Positions 31,602 through 41,290 of a stretch of DNA of 64,000 nt are shown here, one piece after another. The notes under the pieces were generated by a model that was not told where the DNA came from, ran no database searches, and saw only the letters and a program-made list of their open reading frames with translations. A program made the position numbers and the translations under genes. The first letter of the stretch is position 1. The number at the start of each line of letters is the position of its first letter. The DNA is from an uncultured Trueperaceae bacterium (GTDB lineage: Bacteria > Deinococcota > Deinococci > Deinococcales > Trueperaceae): NCBI GenBank assembly GCA_963799485.1, contig CAWCXJ010000007.1, positions 480,001 through 544,000 on the forward strand. The letters run 5' to 3'.

Positions 31602-32884
31602 CGAGCTACCTGCATTTCTGTAGGTTCTGTACGCGCGGCTAGAAATGCCTCGAGATCGGTTTCGGCAACCTCGAGCTGTTCTCCTGATTCCAAATTTTTG
31701 AGCGTATAGACGCCGCCTTCACGCTCCCGTTCGCCGCGAAGTCCGGCAAAGCGTGCCCCACTGCGCTGCGCGTCCCGGAGACCCTTGCCTGGATTGCGCT
31801 CCTTGTAGCCGTGCTGCACCGCAAAAAGACTCCGCAGCGCAAAAGCGGTGCGGGCGACCTCGGCAACTGCCGCTTCGTCCAGCGGGACGAGAAAGAGGAG
31901 CGGTTTAGCTTCGGTCTCGAGTGCCGCGCCGTCCTGCGCCACCGCGTCGAGCACGCGCTCGACGCCGAACGCCCACCCGATACCGGGCGTGGCGGGGCCG
32001 CCCAGATGCTCAATCAGCCCGTCGTAACGCCCACCACCACCCAAAGCCGACTGTGCGCCGATACCGGCGTGATGCACCTCGAAGGCAGTGCGGCGGTAGT
32101 AATCCAACCCCCGGACGATACCGGCGTCAACTTCAAAAGGAACGCCCCAGTCGGTTAAAAAAACTTTTACGGCGTCAAAATGTGCGCGTGCGTCGTCGTT
32201 TAGGAACTCGAGCGGACGTTTAAGCGTTTCTACAATCCGCTGGTCGCCCGCGTCTTTGCTGTCTAGTACCCGCATCGGGTTGAGGCGGAGGCGCTCCCGG
32301 CTCGTTTCGGACAGTTCACTTGCCCGTTTGCCGAGTTCGCCCCGTAAATACCGGTTATACGCCGCTTTGTCTTCCGGGTCGCCGACCGAACCGAGCTTTA
32401 CGGTCAGGTTTTTCAGCCCGCACGCCTGCAGTACGCGGTAGAGAAGCGTGACGGTTTCAGCGTCGATGAGGGGCGAAGCGAGGCCCAACACTTCACAGTT
32501 GACCTGCTGAAACTGCCGAAATCTGCCGCGTTGCGGTTTTTCGGCGCGGAAAATCGGGCCTTTACTCCAGAGCTTGACGGGCGCAGGGCGGGTGTACAGG
32601 CCGTGCTCGAGGTACGCCCGCAGCACCCCCGGGGTAAATTCGGGCCTCAGCGTAAGGGTGCGACTCCCGGCGTCGGTAAAAGTGTACATCTCTTTTTGCA
32701 CGACCAAATCCGACGATTCGCCCGCTGCCTTGACGAACACCTCGCTGTGCTCGAACACGGGCGGCGTAAGCTCATAGACTCCGGCGCGGCCCAGCACGCG
32801 GGCGGCAGCTTCAAAAACATGTGCCCAGCGGGATTGGTCGGCGGGTAAAATGTCGTAAGTGCCTTTAACGGCCTGAAACTTCAT
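31598..32884 (-). CDS. hisS: Histidine--tRNA ligase
   Basis: LRPEFT, RGLDYY, GGGRYDGL. Confidence 0.97.
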   Translation of the reverse strand: MKFQAVKGTYDILPADQSRWAHVFEAAARVLGRAGVYELTPPVFEHSEVFVKAAGESSDLVVQKEMYTFTDAGSRTLTLRPEFTPGVLRAYLEHGLYTRPAPVKLWSKGPIFRAEKPQRGRFRQFQQVNCEVLGLASPLIDAETVTLLYRVLQACGLKNLTVKLGSVGDPEDKAAYNRYLRGELGKRASELSETSRERLRLNPMRVLDSKDAGDQRIVETLKRPLEFLNDDARAHFDAVKVFLTDWGVPFEVDAGIVRGLDYYRRTAFEVHHAGIGAQSALGGGGRYDGLIEHLGGPATPGIGWAFGVERVLDAVAQDGAALETEAKPLLFLVPLDEAAVAEVARTAFALRSLFAVQHGYKERNPGKGLRDAQRSGARFAGLRGEREREGGVYTLKNLESGEQLEVAETDLEAFLAARTEPTEMQVAR

Positions 32885-33013
32885 AACACCCGAGTCTAGC
32901 ACTCGGCTCAGCGTAAAGAGAGTTCACTGGAGGAGGTTACCGGAAAAGGGGCAAGCAACGAGCCATAAAGCGTTAGCTGCTCATAACTCGTTGATTTTCT
33001 CAACTGCCGCTTT

Positions 33014-33382
33014 CTAGGGCAAATTTGCCGGTAAACCGTTGCTTCTTACGCCGTCGACGTAGACGAAGACAAACCCGTAACCGGCGTTTTTAGGAATGTC
33101 CAGAGTGATACGTGAGGGCGTCCAGGTCGTGGTTTTAATCCGTCCGCCGCCGTTGCCGTTGATATCTGCGCCCAACACGACGTAAGAATTAGCGCCTCCC
33201 TGACCGTCGCCCAAGTAGCGCCCCTGCAACACGAGTTCGCCGCCGACCTCACCGGCTGACGTGACCGAGAAAAGCGTCGGTTGAACATTTGTCTCGACGC
33301 TCGTTTGCGGCGCGCAAGCCGCGAGGATAAGCGGGATTAAAAGCAGCGTGCGCCGCCAACCCCTGTAGGTTGAATAACTCAA
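33014..33382 (-). CDS. IPT/TIG-like lipoprotein
   Basis: LAAC lipobox, LQGRYLGDG, DGVRSN. Confidence 0.65.
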   Translation of the reverse strand: MSYSTYRGWRRTLLLIPLILAACAPQTSVETNVQPTLFSVTSAGEVGGELVLQGRYLGDGQGGANSYVVLGADINGNGGGRIKTTTWTPSRITLDIPKNAGYGFVFVYVDGVRSNGLPANLP

Positions 33383-33448
33383 AAAAACCTCCTGCTTTCA
33401 GGATAGAAGCAGGAGGCGGACTTGTCTGTGCGCGTTTATGCGTGCGGG

Positions 33449-34582
33449 CTAGGTGGCGGACTCGTGCTCGAGCGCCTTACTCCGCGCTTCGGCAAGGGTG
33501 TCCATCAGGCTGCTAAAGGGGGTGACGAACTTTTCGACCCCTTCGTCCTCGAGCTGCTGCGTCGCTTCGTCGATGCTGATGCCCAAGGACTCGAGCGTGC
33601 TTAAGATTTCGTCGGCTTTATCGGCACCTTGCTCGAGGGTCGCGGCGGGCTCGCCCGATTCGCGGTAGTAGTCCAGGGTTTTTTGCGCCATCGTGTTCAC
33701 CGTCGGTTCGCCGATGAGCGGCTGCACGTATTTATCTTCGGAGTAGTCCGGGTTTTTGGTGCTGGTACTGGCCCACAAGAGGCGTTGCGGTTGTGCGCCC
33801 TGCGCGGCAAGTTTGGCAAACGCTTCGCCGCCGAAAATCTCTTTGTAGGCGACGTAGGCCATCTTCGCACTGGCAACGGCGACTTCGCCGAGGATTTTTC
33901 CGGCACGTTCGCCGCGTTCACCACCCTCTTTTTGGATAGCCTCGAGCTCCGCGTCGATAAGCGAATCGACGCGGCTTAAAAAGAAACTCGCAACCGACGC
34001 GACGCGTTCAATGCTTTCGCCCTGGTCTACGCGGTCTTGCAGCCCGTCGATATACGCCTCTGCGACGAGCTTGTAACGCGGCAGGCCGAAAATCAGCGTC
34101 ACGTTGACGTTGACGCCCTCGCTAATCAGCTGCCGAATCGCCGGCAAACCTTCCTGCGTTGCCGGAACCTTGATCATCACGTTCGGGCGGTCGATAATCC
34201 GCCACAGCTCCCGCGCCTCTTGAACGGTGCCGTCGGTATCGTTGGCGAGTTTTGGTGAAACCTCGTAAGAGACGAAACCGTCGGCCCCGCCCGTCTCGTC
34301 GTAAAGCGGGCGAAAGAGGTCACAGGCCCCCTGCACGTCCTCGACAGTCAGGCGGCGGTAGATTTCCTCGACACTTTTACCGTCTTGCGCCAACTGCCGA
34401 ATCGCGTCGTCGTAGTCGCTACTTTTGGCAATGGCGGCCTCGAAAATAGCCGGGTTCGAGGTCAGACCCCGAAGGCCGTCGTCGATGAGGTTTTGCAAAC
34501 CGCCTTCTGTGACCAGACTGCGGCGCAGGTCGTCCAACCACGGGGACTGTCCAAACGTTGAGAGTTTCTCGAGTGGGTTCAT
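33449..34582 (-). CDS. tal: Transaldolase
   Basis: GLTSNPAIF, MIKVPAT, ASFFLSRVD, LLWASTSTK. Confidence 0.95.
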   Translation of the reverse strand: MNPLEKLSTFGQSPWLDDLRRSLVTEGGLQNLIDDGLRGLTSNPAIFEAAIAKSSDYDDAIRQLAQDGKSVEEIYRRLTVEDVQGACDLFRPLYDETGGADGFVSYEVSPKLANDTDGTVQEARELWRIIDRPNVMIKVPATQEGLPAIRQLISEGVNVNVTLIFGLPRYKLVAEAYIDGLQDRVDQGESIERVASVASFFLSRVDSLIDAELEAIQKEGGERGERAGKILGEVAVASAKMAYVAYKEIFGGEAFAKLAAQGAQPQRLLWASTSTKNPDYSEDKYVQPLIGEPTVNTMAQKTLDYYRESGEPAATLEQGADKADEILSTLESLGISIDEATQQLEDEGVEKFVTPFSSLMDTLAEARSKALEHESAT

Positions 34583-34704
34583 ACTGTGCCTCCTCAGGCT
34601 GTTGTCTTAAAACCTACTATAGCGTCTATCATCTCACAAATAGCCGGGTGCAACCGTCGTGCGCCGCGCAGATTTTTACGTGCGCCGACCTCTAAACTCT
34701 TGGG

Positions 34705-35247
34705 ATGACCCACGCACAAGACGACCACAAAGACGATTACGACGAAAAATATACCGACCCCGAGCTACGCCGAAAGCTCAAGGAAGAAATCCAGGCGTCG
34801 TCTAAAGGTGGCAAAAAAGGGCAGTGGTCGGCCCGTAAAAGCCAGCTTTTGGTTCATGAGTACGAAAAGCGCGGTGGTGGTTATAAAGGCGAAAAAGATG
34901 AAGCCGCGAAATCTTTAGAGTCGTGGACAAACGAAAACTGGCAGACGCAAGACGGCAGTGCTAGCGCCCGCCAAGATGACGGCAGCACGAAGCGCTACTT
35001 GCCCGAAAAAGCGTGGGACATGCTGAGCGACAAGGAGAAAAAAGAAGCGGAGCGCAAGAAAAAACGGGGAGACAAAGAAGGCAAGCAGTATGTAGAAAAC
35101 ACGGTAGAGGCCAAAGTTGCCCGTAAAAAAGCGCAGGCCGGAAATAAAACCAAAGCTGAGCTTATGGAGGAGGCAAAAAAGCAGGATATCAAGGGGCGCA
35201 GCAAGATGAACAAGAGGGAACTGGGGCGTGCCCTGGCTAAAAGTTAA
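34705..35247 (+). CDS. Highly charged protein (DUF5872-like) with a Rho_N-like C-terminal motif
   Basis: GQWSARKSQLL..EYEK.GGGY; TKAEL...GRSKMNK.EL. Confidence 0.7.
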   Translation: MTHAQDDHKDDYDEKYTDPELRRKLKEEIQASSKGGKKGQWSARKSQLLVHEYEKRGGGYKGEKDEAAKSLESWTNENWQTQDGSASARQDDGSTKRYLPEKAWDMLSDKEKKEAERKKKRGDKEGKQYVENTVEAKVARKKAQAGNKTKAELMEEAKKQDIKGRSKMNKRELGRALAKS

Positions 35248-35762
35248 GCCTGCTCTTCGTTCCAGATAGTCCAGGTCGCGTCGTCAAGCGCAGCTAGCTG
35301 TTCGCGTGTCCAACCGCCCTGCCGTAAAAGGTTCATCACCTGTCCCCGGTGGTGCGAGTCGTGAACGATGGTGTGCTGCAAAAAATGTCCCGGGTGGCTT
35401 TTGTAGGCACCTTCAAACGAGCGGTTTTCGTCGAGCGCGTCCATAACTGCCTTCAATGCCGCTGCGTCTCCTGCTGAAAACGCCTGCTTGATTTCGTCCA
35501 AGTTTTGCGTCGTCAGGTCAAAGTTTTTCCGGTCGCCTTCGACAACTGAAGGAATATTTTCTGCGTGCGGGGGTGAAATAAACCGCAGCCAGTTATAGCG
35601 AAACTCTGCCAGATGGCCTAGATGCTGACCTATATTCCAGCCGCCTTGCCCGTCTGAAACCCTTAAGTCTGATTCAGTAACCGTGCTTAATACAACGTCG
35701 TTGACACGCCCATTGCGGCTAAAAGACTCGAGCAACAAACCAAGATTGGTATTCTGGGCCAT
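35244..35762 (-). CDS. DinB/YfiT family protein
   Basis: HLGHL and HDSHHRGQ metal-binding motifs. Confidence 0.85.
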   Translation of the reverse strand: MAQNTNLGLLLESFSRNGRVNDVVLSTVTESDLRVSDGQGGWNIGQHLGHLAEFRYNWLRFISPPHAENIPSVVEGDRKNFDLTTQNLDEIKQAFSAGDAAALKAVMDALDENRSFEGAYKSHPGHFLQHTIVHDSHHRGQVMNLLRQGGWTREQLAALDDATWTIWNEEQA

Positions 35763-35778
35763 CTTTCACTCCTTGATG

Positions 35779-36000
35779 CTACTCGAGCAGCGGCACCCGG
35801 CGCTCGAACAACTGCCCCTGTTCGTCAACCTCGACTTCCCAAACCGCTAAGTCGGGGCGGAGTTCGTAGGCGAGGGCCTCGAGCCGCGCCGCGAACTCAC
35901 TGTCCCACTCACGCTGTGCTACCAGCCGTTCGACGAACCGCTCCGGAGCCGAACCGCCGAGCGCGTAGCTGAGCACTTCCCTGAGATCGCTCCGGGTCAC
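35779..36000 (-). CDS. Small hypothetical protein coupled to recA
   Basis: GTG start 1 nt after the recA stop. Confidence 0.6.
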   Translation of the reverse strand: MTRSDLREVLSYALGGSAPERFVERLVAQREWDSEFAARLEALAYELRPDLAVWEVEVDEQGQLFERRVPLLE

Positions 36001-36001
36001 G

Positions 36002-37078
36002 TCAGCCTAGATCGCCAAACGCACCTTGCGGCGCGTCGTCGCGAGGTTCTTCGGCTACCTTAGCCCCCCCCACCACGTCGACGACCCGTTGCCGAATGGT
36101 GTCAATCAGCCCGGGCTGGTCTTGCAGATACGCGGAAGCTTTTTCCTTGCCTTGCCCGATGGTCACCCCGTCGTACTTGTAAAACGAGCCCGACTTCTGG
36201 ATGATGTCTAGGTCGCTGGCAATGTTGATCAAATCCCCTACCTTGTCGATGCCGCGCCCGAACATGATCTCGACCTCGGCTTCCTTAAACGGCGGCGCCA
36301 CCTTGTTCTTGGTCACCTTGATGCGCGTCTGATTGCCCACCTTGTCGGTTCCCGACTTGACGTCGCCTTTACGCCGGACTTCCATCCGGATCGACGAGTA
36401 GAACTTGAGTGCCCGTCCCCCCGGCGTGGTTTCGGGGTTGCCGTACATCACGCCGATCTTCTCCCGAATCTGGTTGATGAATATCGCGGTGGTGTGACTC
36501 TTCGATAACACACCGGTCAGCTTCCTGAGCGCTTGACTCATCAAGCGGGCTTGTAACCCTACATGCGTGTCGCCCATCTCGCCTTCGATTTCAGCGCGTG
36601 GGACCAAGGCGGCGACACTATCGACGACGATGACGTCGACGGCACCCGAACGAACCAGCAACTCGGTAATCTCCAACGCTTGCTCGCCGGTGTCGGGTTG
36701 CGAGACCAACAGCTCGTCGGTATCGACGCCCAAGGCTTTGGCGTACCCGGGGTCTAAGGCGTGTTCGGCGTCGACGAAGGCGGCTACGCCACCCGCCCGC
36801 TGCGCCTCGGCGATGATATGCAGACTTAGCGTCGTTTTACCGCCGGACTCGGGGCCGTAAACTTCGATGATGCGGCCGCGCGGGACGCCGCCGATACCGA
36901 GTGCCAGATCGACCGACATCGAACCCGTGGAGATAACCCCCTGGGTCAAGATGCCCAAATCGTCGCCCAAACGCATGATCGCGCCTTTGCCGAACTGTTT
37001 CTCGATCTGGGTGAGCGTGGTCTCGAGGCTTTTGCGCCGCTGCGGGTTCATACCTTCAGGGGTTGGTGATGTACTCAT
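36002..37078 (-). CDS. recA: Recombinase A
   Basis: [25 protein letters not shown]. Confidence 0.99.
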   Translation of the reverse strand: MSTSPTPEGMNPQRRKSLETTLTQIEKQFGKGAIMRLGDDLGILTQGVISTGSMSVDLALGIGGVPRGRIIEVYGPESGGKTTLSLHIIAEAQRAGGVAAFVDAEHALDPGYAKALGVDTDELLVSQPDTGEQALEITELLVRSGAVDVIVVDSVAALVPRAEIEGEMGDTHVGLQARLMSQALRKLTGVLSKSHTTAIFINQIREKIGVMYGNPETTPGGRALKFYSSIRMEVRRKGDVKSGTDKVGNQTRIKVTKNKVAPPFKEAEVEIMFGRGIDKVGDLINIASDLDIIQKSGSFYKYDGVTIGQGKEKASAYLQDQPGLIDTIRQRVVDVVGGAKVAEEPRDDAPQGAFGDLG

Positions 37079-37083
37079 AACGC

Positions 37084-37112
37084 AGCTTACCTTAATTGAT
37101 TAGGTAATGCAA
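37084..37112 (-). promoter_or_regulatory. Leaderless recA promoter with a palindrome over the spacer
   Basis: TTGCAT-17 nt-TAAGCT-5 nt-ATG; TTACC-N11-GGTAA at 37087-37107. Confidence 0.7.
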
Positions 37113-37575
37113 GCGAAAAAGGACATCTCTCAGGCGACGTCCTCCCCGCTGTACTGGTTTGTGCGAACACGGCGGTGGCGGCGTTTAAGGCCACGATTTT
37201 TTTACCCTGGCGCGGGACTTCGTGCCGACAAAAACTATAAACGCTAGCGCCTTCTCGTGAACGACCCGCCTGTGAACCTGAATACCCGTAGCGTATGAAG
37301 CCTGTTTTACGGCGTTTTCGACCGGTACCGGTGGTTGTGTGTAGGCCCGGTTGCAGCTGCAGCTCGGCAAGTACCGGGTAAAATTGAGCGTCGCCGTAAA
37401 AACCTTCACGCCCGGTAGTAGGAAGTGTCGGTGACCACTTTTCTCGAGCTCCAAAACTCGTTTACGGTTTTAGAGACATACGGTTTTTGAGACGTACTGA
37501 GATAAGTAGACCCGGAGACAGCATAGCTAAAATATAGCTAAAACGTTCAGGCCGCGACCGGGGTAGGCTGAAGCT

Positions 37576-38613
37576 GTGCCCGACCTTGAACCTGCAACCG
37601 ACTTTGAACACACGACAATGACCTTTTTGGAAAGTTCCGGCGGGCCCCTCTTGCCGTGGCGACGGTTTGTTTTTCCTGTCCCGTGGGACGCTCAGTTTAG
37701 TGCCGCCGGGCCGCTGCACCTGGAAATCGGTTTTGGGGATGGGCGCTACACCGTCCGGCGCGCACAAGACGCTCCGAATGAGCGTTTCGTCGGCCTCGAG
37801 ATTTCCTCGGCGAGTTTGCAGCGGGGGCTCAGCAACGTGCGTAAACGCGACCTGCATAACGTCAAGCTGCTTAAAGTCGGGGCCGGGTTCGCGGTGCAGC
37901 AGTTGTTCGGGCCGCACACCCTGGCGAGCGTTACCGTCAATTTTCCCGACCCGTGGCCCAAAGAGCGGCACGAAAAAAACCGTTTGCTGCAAGCGGACTT
38001 TTTCAAGCTGGCGGCGAGCCGTTTGGTGTCCGGGGGCGCAGTGCTGCTAGCGACCGACCACCCGGATTATCTGGCGTTCGCTTGCGCCGAAGCGGAGCGC
38101 ACCGGGTTGTTCGGGCTCGAGACCACCGACCCACCTGCCGCCGTGTTCGAGACCAAATACGCGCTCAAATGGAAAACGCTGGGCAAGCCTTTGTTTTACC
38201 GAGTATTTCGCTACAGCGGTGCGCCCACACCCGACTACCCTGTTTTAGAAAGAGAAAAAACCATGCCTCACGCCCTACTGTCCGGTCAGTTGCCGCCGAG
38301 TTTAACATTTAGCAAACAGGTCACGCCCTACGCGGGTGGGCACGTGATCTTGCACGAGGTGCTGCAGAGTTTCGACTCGGAGGTCGGCTCGAGCGGTGAA
38401 AAGTGGCTCGTCCGGGCGACGATTGAAGAACCCGAGTTGCGCCAGCAGGTTCTGGTGAGTGTGCGGGCGCGGGGCGCGGGCGGGCTGATTGTGGGGCTCG
38501 AGCCTTTCGGCGATCCGGTCGTTACGCCGGTTGTGCGGGGCGCGGTTCACGCCGTTACCGAGTGGCTTTTGACGCTGCCTGCAAACCTGAGAGTCGAAAC
38601 GCGGTCGTATTGA
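37576..38613 (+). CDS. trmB: tRNA (guanine-N7)-methyltransferase with C-terminal extension
   Basis: LEIGFGDG, FPDPWPKERH, ATDHPDY, TKY. Confidence 0.93.
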   Translation: MPDLEPATDFEHTTMTFLESSGGPLLPWRRFVFPVPWDAQFSAAGPLHLEIGFGDGRYTVRRAQDAPNERFVGLEISSASLQRGLSNVRKRDLHNVKLLKVGAGFAVQQLFGPHTLASVTVNFPDPWPKERHEKNRLLQADFFKLAASRLVSGGAVLLATDHPDYLAFACAEAERTGLFGLETTDPPAAVFETKYALKWKTLGKPLFYRVFRYSGAPTPDYPVLEREKTMPHALLSGQLPPSLTFSKQVTPYAGGHVILHEVLQSFDSEVGSSGEKWLVRATIEEPELRQQVLVSVRARGAGGLIVGLEPFGDPVVTPVVRGAVHAVTEWLLTLPANLRVETRSY

Positions 38614-38629
38614 CCGGGGTTTGTCGCTA

Positions 38630-38936
38630 CTGACGTTCATCAAGACTTTCGTGTCACCGGTTTTGTACGCTCTTCGTGCCCCGAGTCGCCGTAACCGAAC
38701 ATGATGACGTCTTGATGCCGAGCAGTTCGGCTGAGCGGTGCAGCTCCTCGGTGCGTAAAATCGCAAGTTCTTCGGGGCCGCTGACGTTATAGTTTGGGGT
38801 CGGTTACTTTGCCTGCGTTACCCTTGGTCGCGCACCCCAAGGCGACGCTGACGCCTAGGTCGGCGTAGAATGCCGTGCCGCCACAAAAGACTTCATCGTC
38901 GGGATGGGCAAAGACGACCAGGGGCGAGGGGGTCAT
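38630..38936 (-). pseudogene. PIG-L family (BshB/MshB-like) deacetylase remnant
   Basis: MTPSPLVVFAHPDDE...CATKGNAG, then stop/frameshift to LRTEELHRSAELLG and GYGDSG. Confidence 0.8.
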
Positions 38937-39088
38937 AAACCTACCAAACCACGCCACTCCGCTGTGAGCCGCGCCGCTGAAGGCTTTACGCCGAGAAAGC
39001 CCTTATGCTACACTTTCGTTAATTCAGCTTACACCCGCGTCCGGAGCCCCTCAGGGTCTAATCAACCGGTGCGCACTTGGAGGAAAAG

Positions 39089-40186
39089 ATGGCAGAAGTA
39101 GTGCTCGACCACATCTACAAGCGCTACGGCCCGGTGACGGTCGTAAAAGACTTCAACCTCGAGATTAAAGACGAAGAGTTTATGGTCTTCGTCGGGCCGT
39201 CGGGTTGCGGCAAAACGACGACCCTCCGGATGATCGCAGGCCTTGAAGAGATCAGCGACGGTACGCTCCGTATCGGCGACCGCGTTGTCAACGACGTACC
39301 GCCTAAAGACCGCGACATCGCCATGGTGTTTCAAAACTACGCACTCTACCCGCATATGAACGTCGAGCAAAACATGTCGTTTGGTCTGCGCCTGCGTAAA
39401 ACGCCAAAACAAGACATTACCCGGCGCGTCAACGATGCCGCCAAAATCCTGCAGATCGAACACCTCTTGCAGCGCCGCCCGCGCGAGCTTTCCGGGGGTC
39501 AGCGGCAACGCGTCGCCTTAGGTCGGGCTATCGTCCGCGAGCCGAAAGTGTTCTTGATGGACGAGCCGCTCTCGAACCTGGACGCCAAACTCCGCGTCGA
39601 GATGCGCGCGTCGATTACCAAGCTGCACCGTCGTTTGGGCGTTACGACTGTTTACGTGACGCACGACCAGGTTGAGGCGATGACGATGGGAACGCGCATC
39701 GTGGTGATGAAAGACGGTCTCATCCAGCAGGTCGATTCGCCCATCAACCTCTACGAAAAACCCAAGAACAAGTTCGTTGCCGGCTTTATGGGTTCGCCCG
39801 CAATGAACTTTTTGGTCGGCACGGCGCAGGGCGACAAGATCACCAGCCCGAGCTTTAGTGTCAAGCCCGACGCCGAACTCGCGCAAAAACTGCAGCGCGT
39901 CAGCGGTCAGAAAGTCTACTTCGGGATTCGCCCGGAAGACCTCGGATTGCGCGGTGTCGACGCCATCCCTGAAGCCGAGAACATCATCAAAGCGACTGTC
40001 GAAGTCGTTGAACCGCTCGGCGCAGAAACGCAGATCATCACCTCGGTCGATGGTGACCAGAGCCTCGTCGCCCGCATCGACGCGCACGCCCGCGTCAGCC
40101 CCGGCGACCAGATCGAACTCTTGGCCGACCCCAAAAAGATGCACGCCTTTACGCTCGAGAGCGAAGACAACATCCGCTTCTCCTAA
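39089..40186 (+). CDS. Sugar ABC transporter ATPase (MalK/MsmK/UgpC family)
   Basis: GPSGCGKTT, LSGGQRQR, DEPLSNLDAKLR, C-terminal TOBE. Confidence 0.95.
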   Translation: MAEVVLDHIYKRYGPVTVVKDFNLEIKDEEFMVFVGPSGCGKTTTLRMIAGLEEISDGTLRIGDRVVNDVPPKDRDIAMVFQNYALYPHMNVEQNMSFGLRLRKTPKQDITRRVNDAAKILQIEHLLQRRPRELSGGQRQRVALGRAIVREPKVFLMDEPLSNLDAKLRVEMRASITKLHRRLGVTTVYVTHDQVEAMTMGTRIVVMKDGLIQQVDSPINLYEKPKNKFVAGFMGSPAMNFLVGTAQGDKITSPSFSVKPDAELAQKLQRVSGQKVYFGIRPEDLGLRGVDAIPEAENIIKATVEVVEPLGAETQIITSVDGDQSLVARIDAHARVSPGDQIELLADPKKMHAFTLESEDNIRFS

Positions 40187-40202
40187 AGTTGGCCTTACAG
40201 GT

Positions 40203-40238
40203 AAAGCGCCCGGCTTTTCAGCCGGGCGCTTTTTTTTG
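40203..40238 (+). terminator. Intrinsic terminator
   Basis: AAAGCGCCCGGCT-ttc-AGCCGGGCGCTTTTTTTT. Confidence 0.9.
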
Positions 40239-40379
40239 GTAACGCCATAACGGTTTCAGGTACAGCACTTTCGCAGCTGGAAACCAAGGTATCGTCCCAA
40301 AAGTGCTTACCAAAAAGCGATTTTGTGTTGCGCGTGTGAGAAAGGGTGCCCCAGTGGGGCGTAGCCGGGCAAGTCCAGG

Positions 40380-40622
40380 TCAATCCAGACCAAGCTCGAG
40401 CAATATTTCTTTTTCCGAATAGGTTTGTGGCGCTTTCGACGCCGATGATTTTACAACCCCGGTTTTCGGCCTTTGCGAAAGGGTGCGGTTGGCTTTGGCG
40501 CGTTCGGCGAGGTAGGTGTTGATATCATCTAAGTCTCTGGTGGTAAGCGCGGAAAGTTCTCCTTCGCAGAGTTCCCGGCGCATCAGACGTTGGATAAAAG
40601 AGGTAATCTCCGGCGTTGTCAT
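40380..40622 (-). CDS. Small hypothetical protein
   Basis: -10-like box just upstream; 80 aa. Confidence 0.55.
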   Translation of the reverse strand: MTTPEITSFIQRLMRRELCEGELSALTTRDLDDINTYLAERAKANRTLSQRPKTGVVKSSASKAPQTYSEKEILLELGLD

Positions 40623-40728
40623 ACGCTATACTAAGGACTTTACGCGCCGCTCGCATGGGCCGTTAGACCGGCCTCGTTTACGCCGAAAGGTCTAGACCTT
40701 TGCCCTTGGCGGGTACAGGGCCAAAGGC

Positions 40729-40956
40729 CTAGTCCTCTGTGTAACGGCGAATTTCTTCGTCCTCGAGGTCTTGCTCGAAGTCGGTATCGCCGGGGTATAC
40801 AGCCTCTTCGGAGGGTTCGTTCTCGAGGATTTCATCATCCACCGGTGTGCCAAACGTGTCGGGCGTATCGTCGGTCAAGAGCTCAGGCTTGATTTGCGCT
40901 TCTTCGTCGGGGACGAGTCCGCCTTCGAGGTCGGGATTGTGAGGATTATCCATCAC
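40729..40956 (-). CDS. Small acidic hypothetical protein
   Basis: RBS AAAGGA; D/E-rich. Confidence 0.65.
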   Translation of the reverse strand: MMDNPHNPDLEGGLVPDEEAQIKPELLTDDTPDTFGTPVDDEILENEPSEEAVYPGDTDFEQDLEDEEIRRYTED

Positions 40957-40968
40957 GGTTCCTTTCGC

Positions 40969-41130
40969 TTACGCACTTTCAGGTTCGGTGTAATTGGTGT
41001 CGTCGCGTTCTAAAAACTCCTCTTCGGGGTCGGGGACGGTGCTGTCGCTCTCTAATTCGTCTTCTACCGGGTCGCGCTCGAGGTCGTCTACGTTGCCCGT
41101 AGCAATGTCGCGGTCGGTTTTATCGGTCAT
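40969..41130 (-). CDS. Small acidic hypothetical protein
   Basis: RBS GAGGAGG before ATG 41130. Confidence 0.65.
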   Translation of the reverse strand: MTDKTDRDIATGNVDDLERDPVEDELESDSTVPDPEEEFLERDDTNYTEPESA

Positions 41131-41290
41131 GTTTGCCTCCTCAAACCATTGTAAATCACAAAACCGGTCGGCTTTGGTTACAAGGTTGGCTCCAAGCTTG
41201 GTTTGGGCGTCGATACCCGTGCACTGCAAACCAGGTCGAGAACCAGCCTTGATGCGCCTTGTCGTGTACTGCCTTTTTATGCACCAAGGT

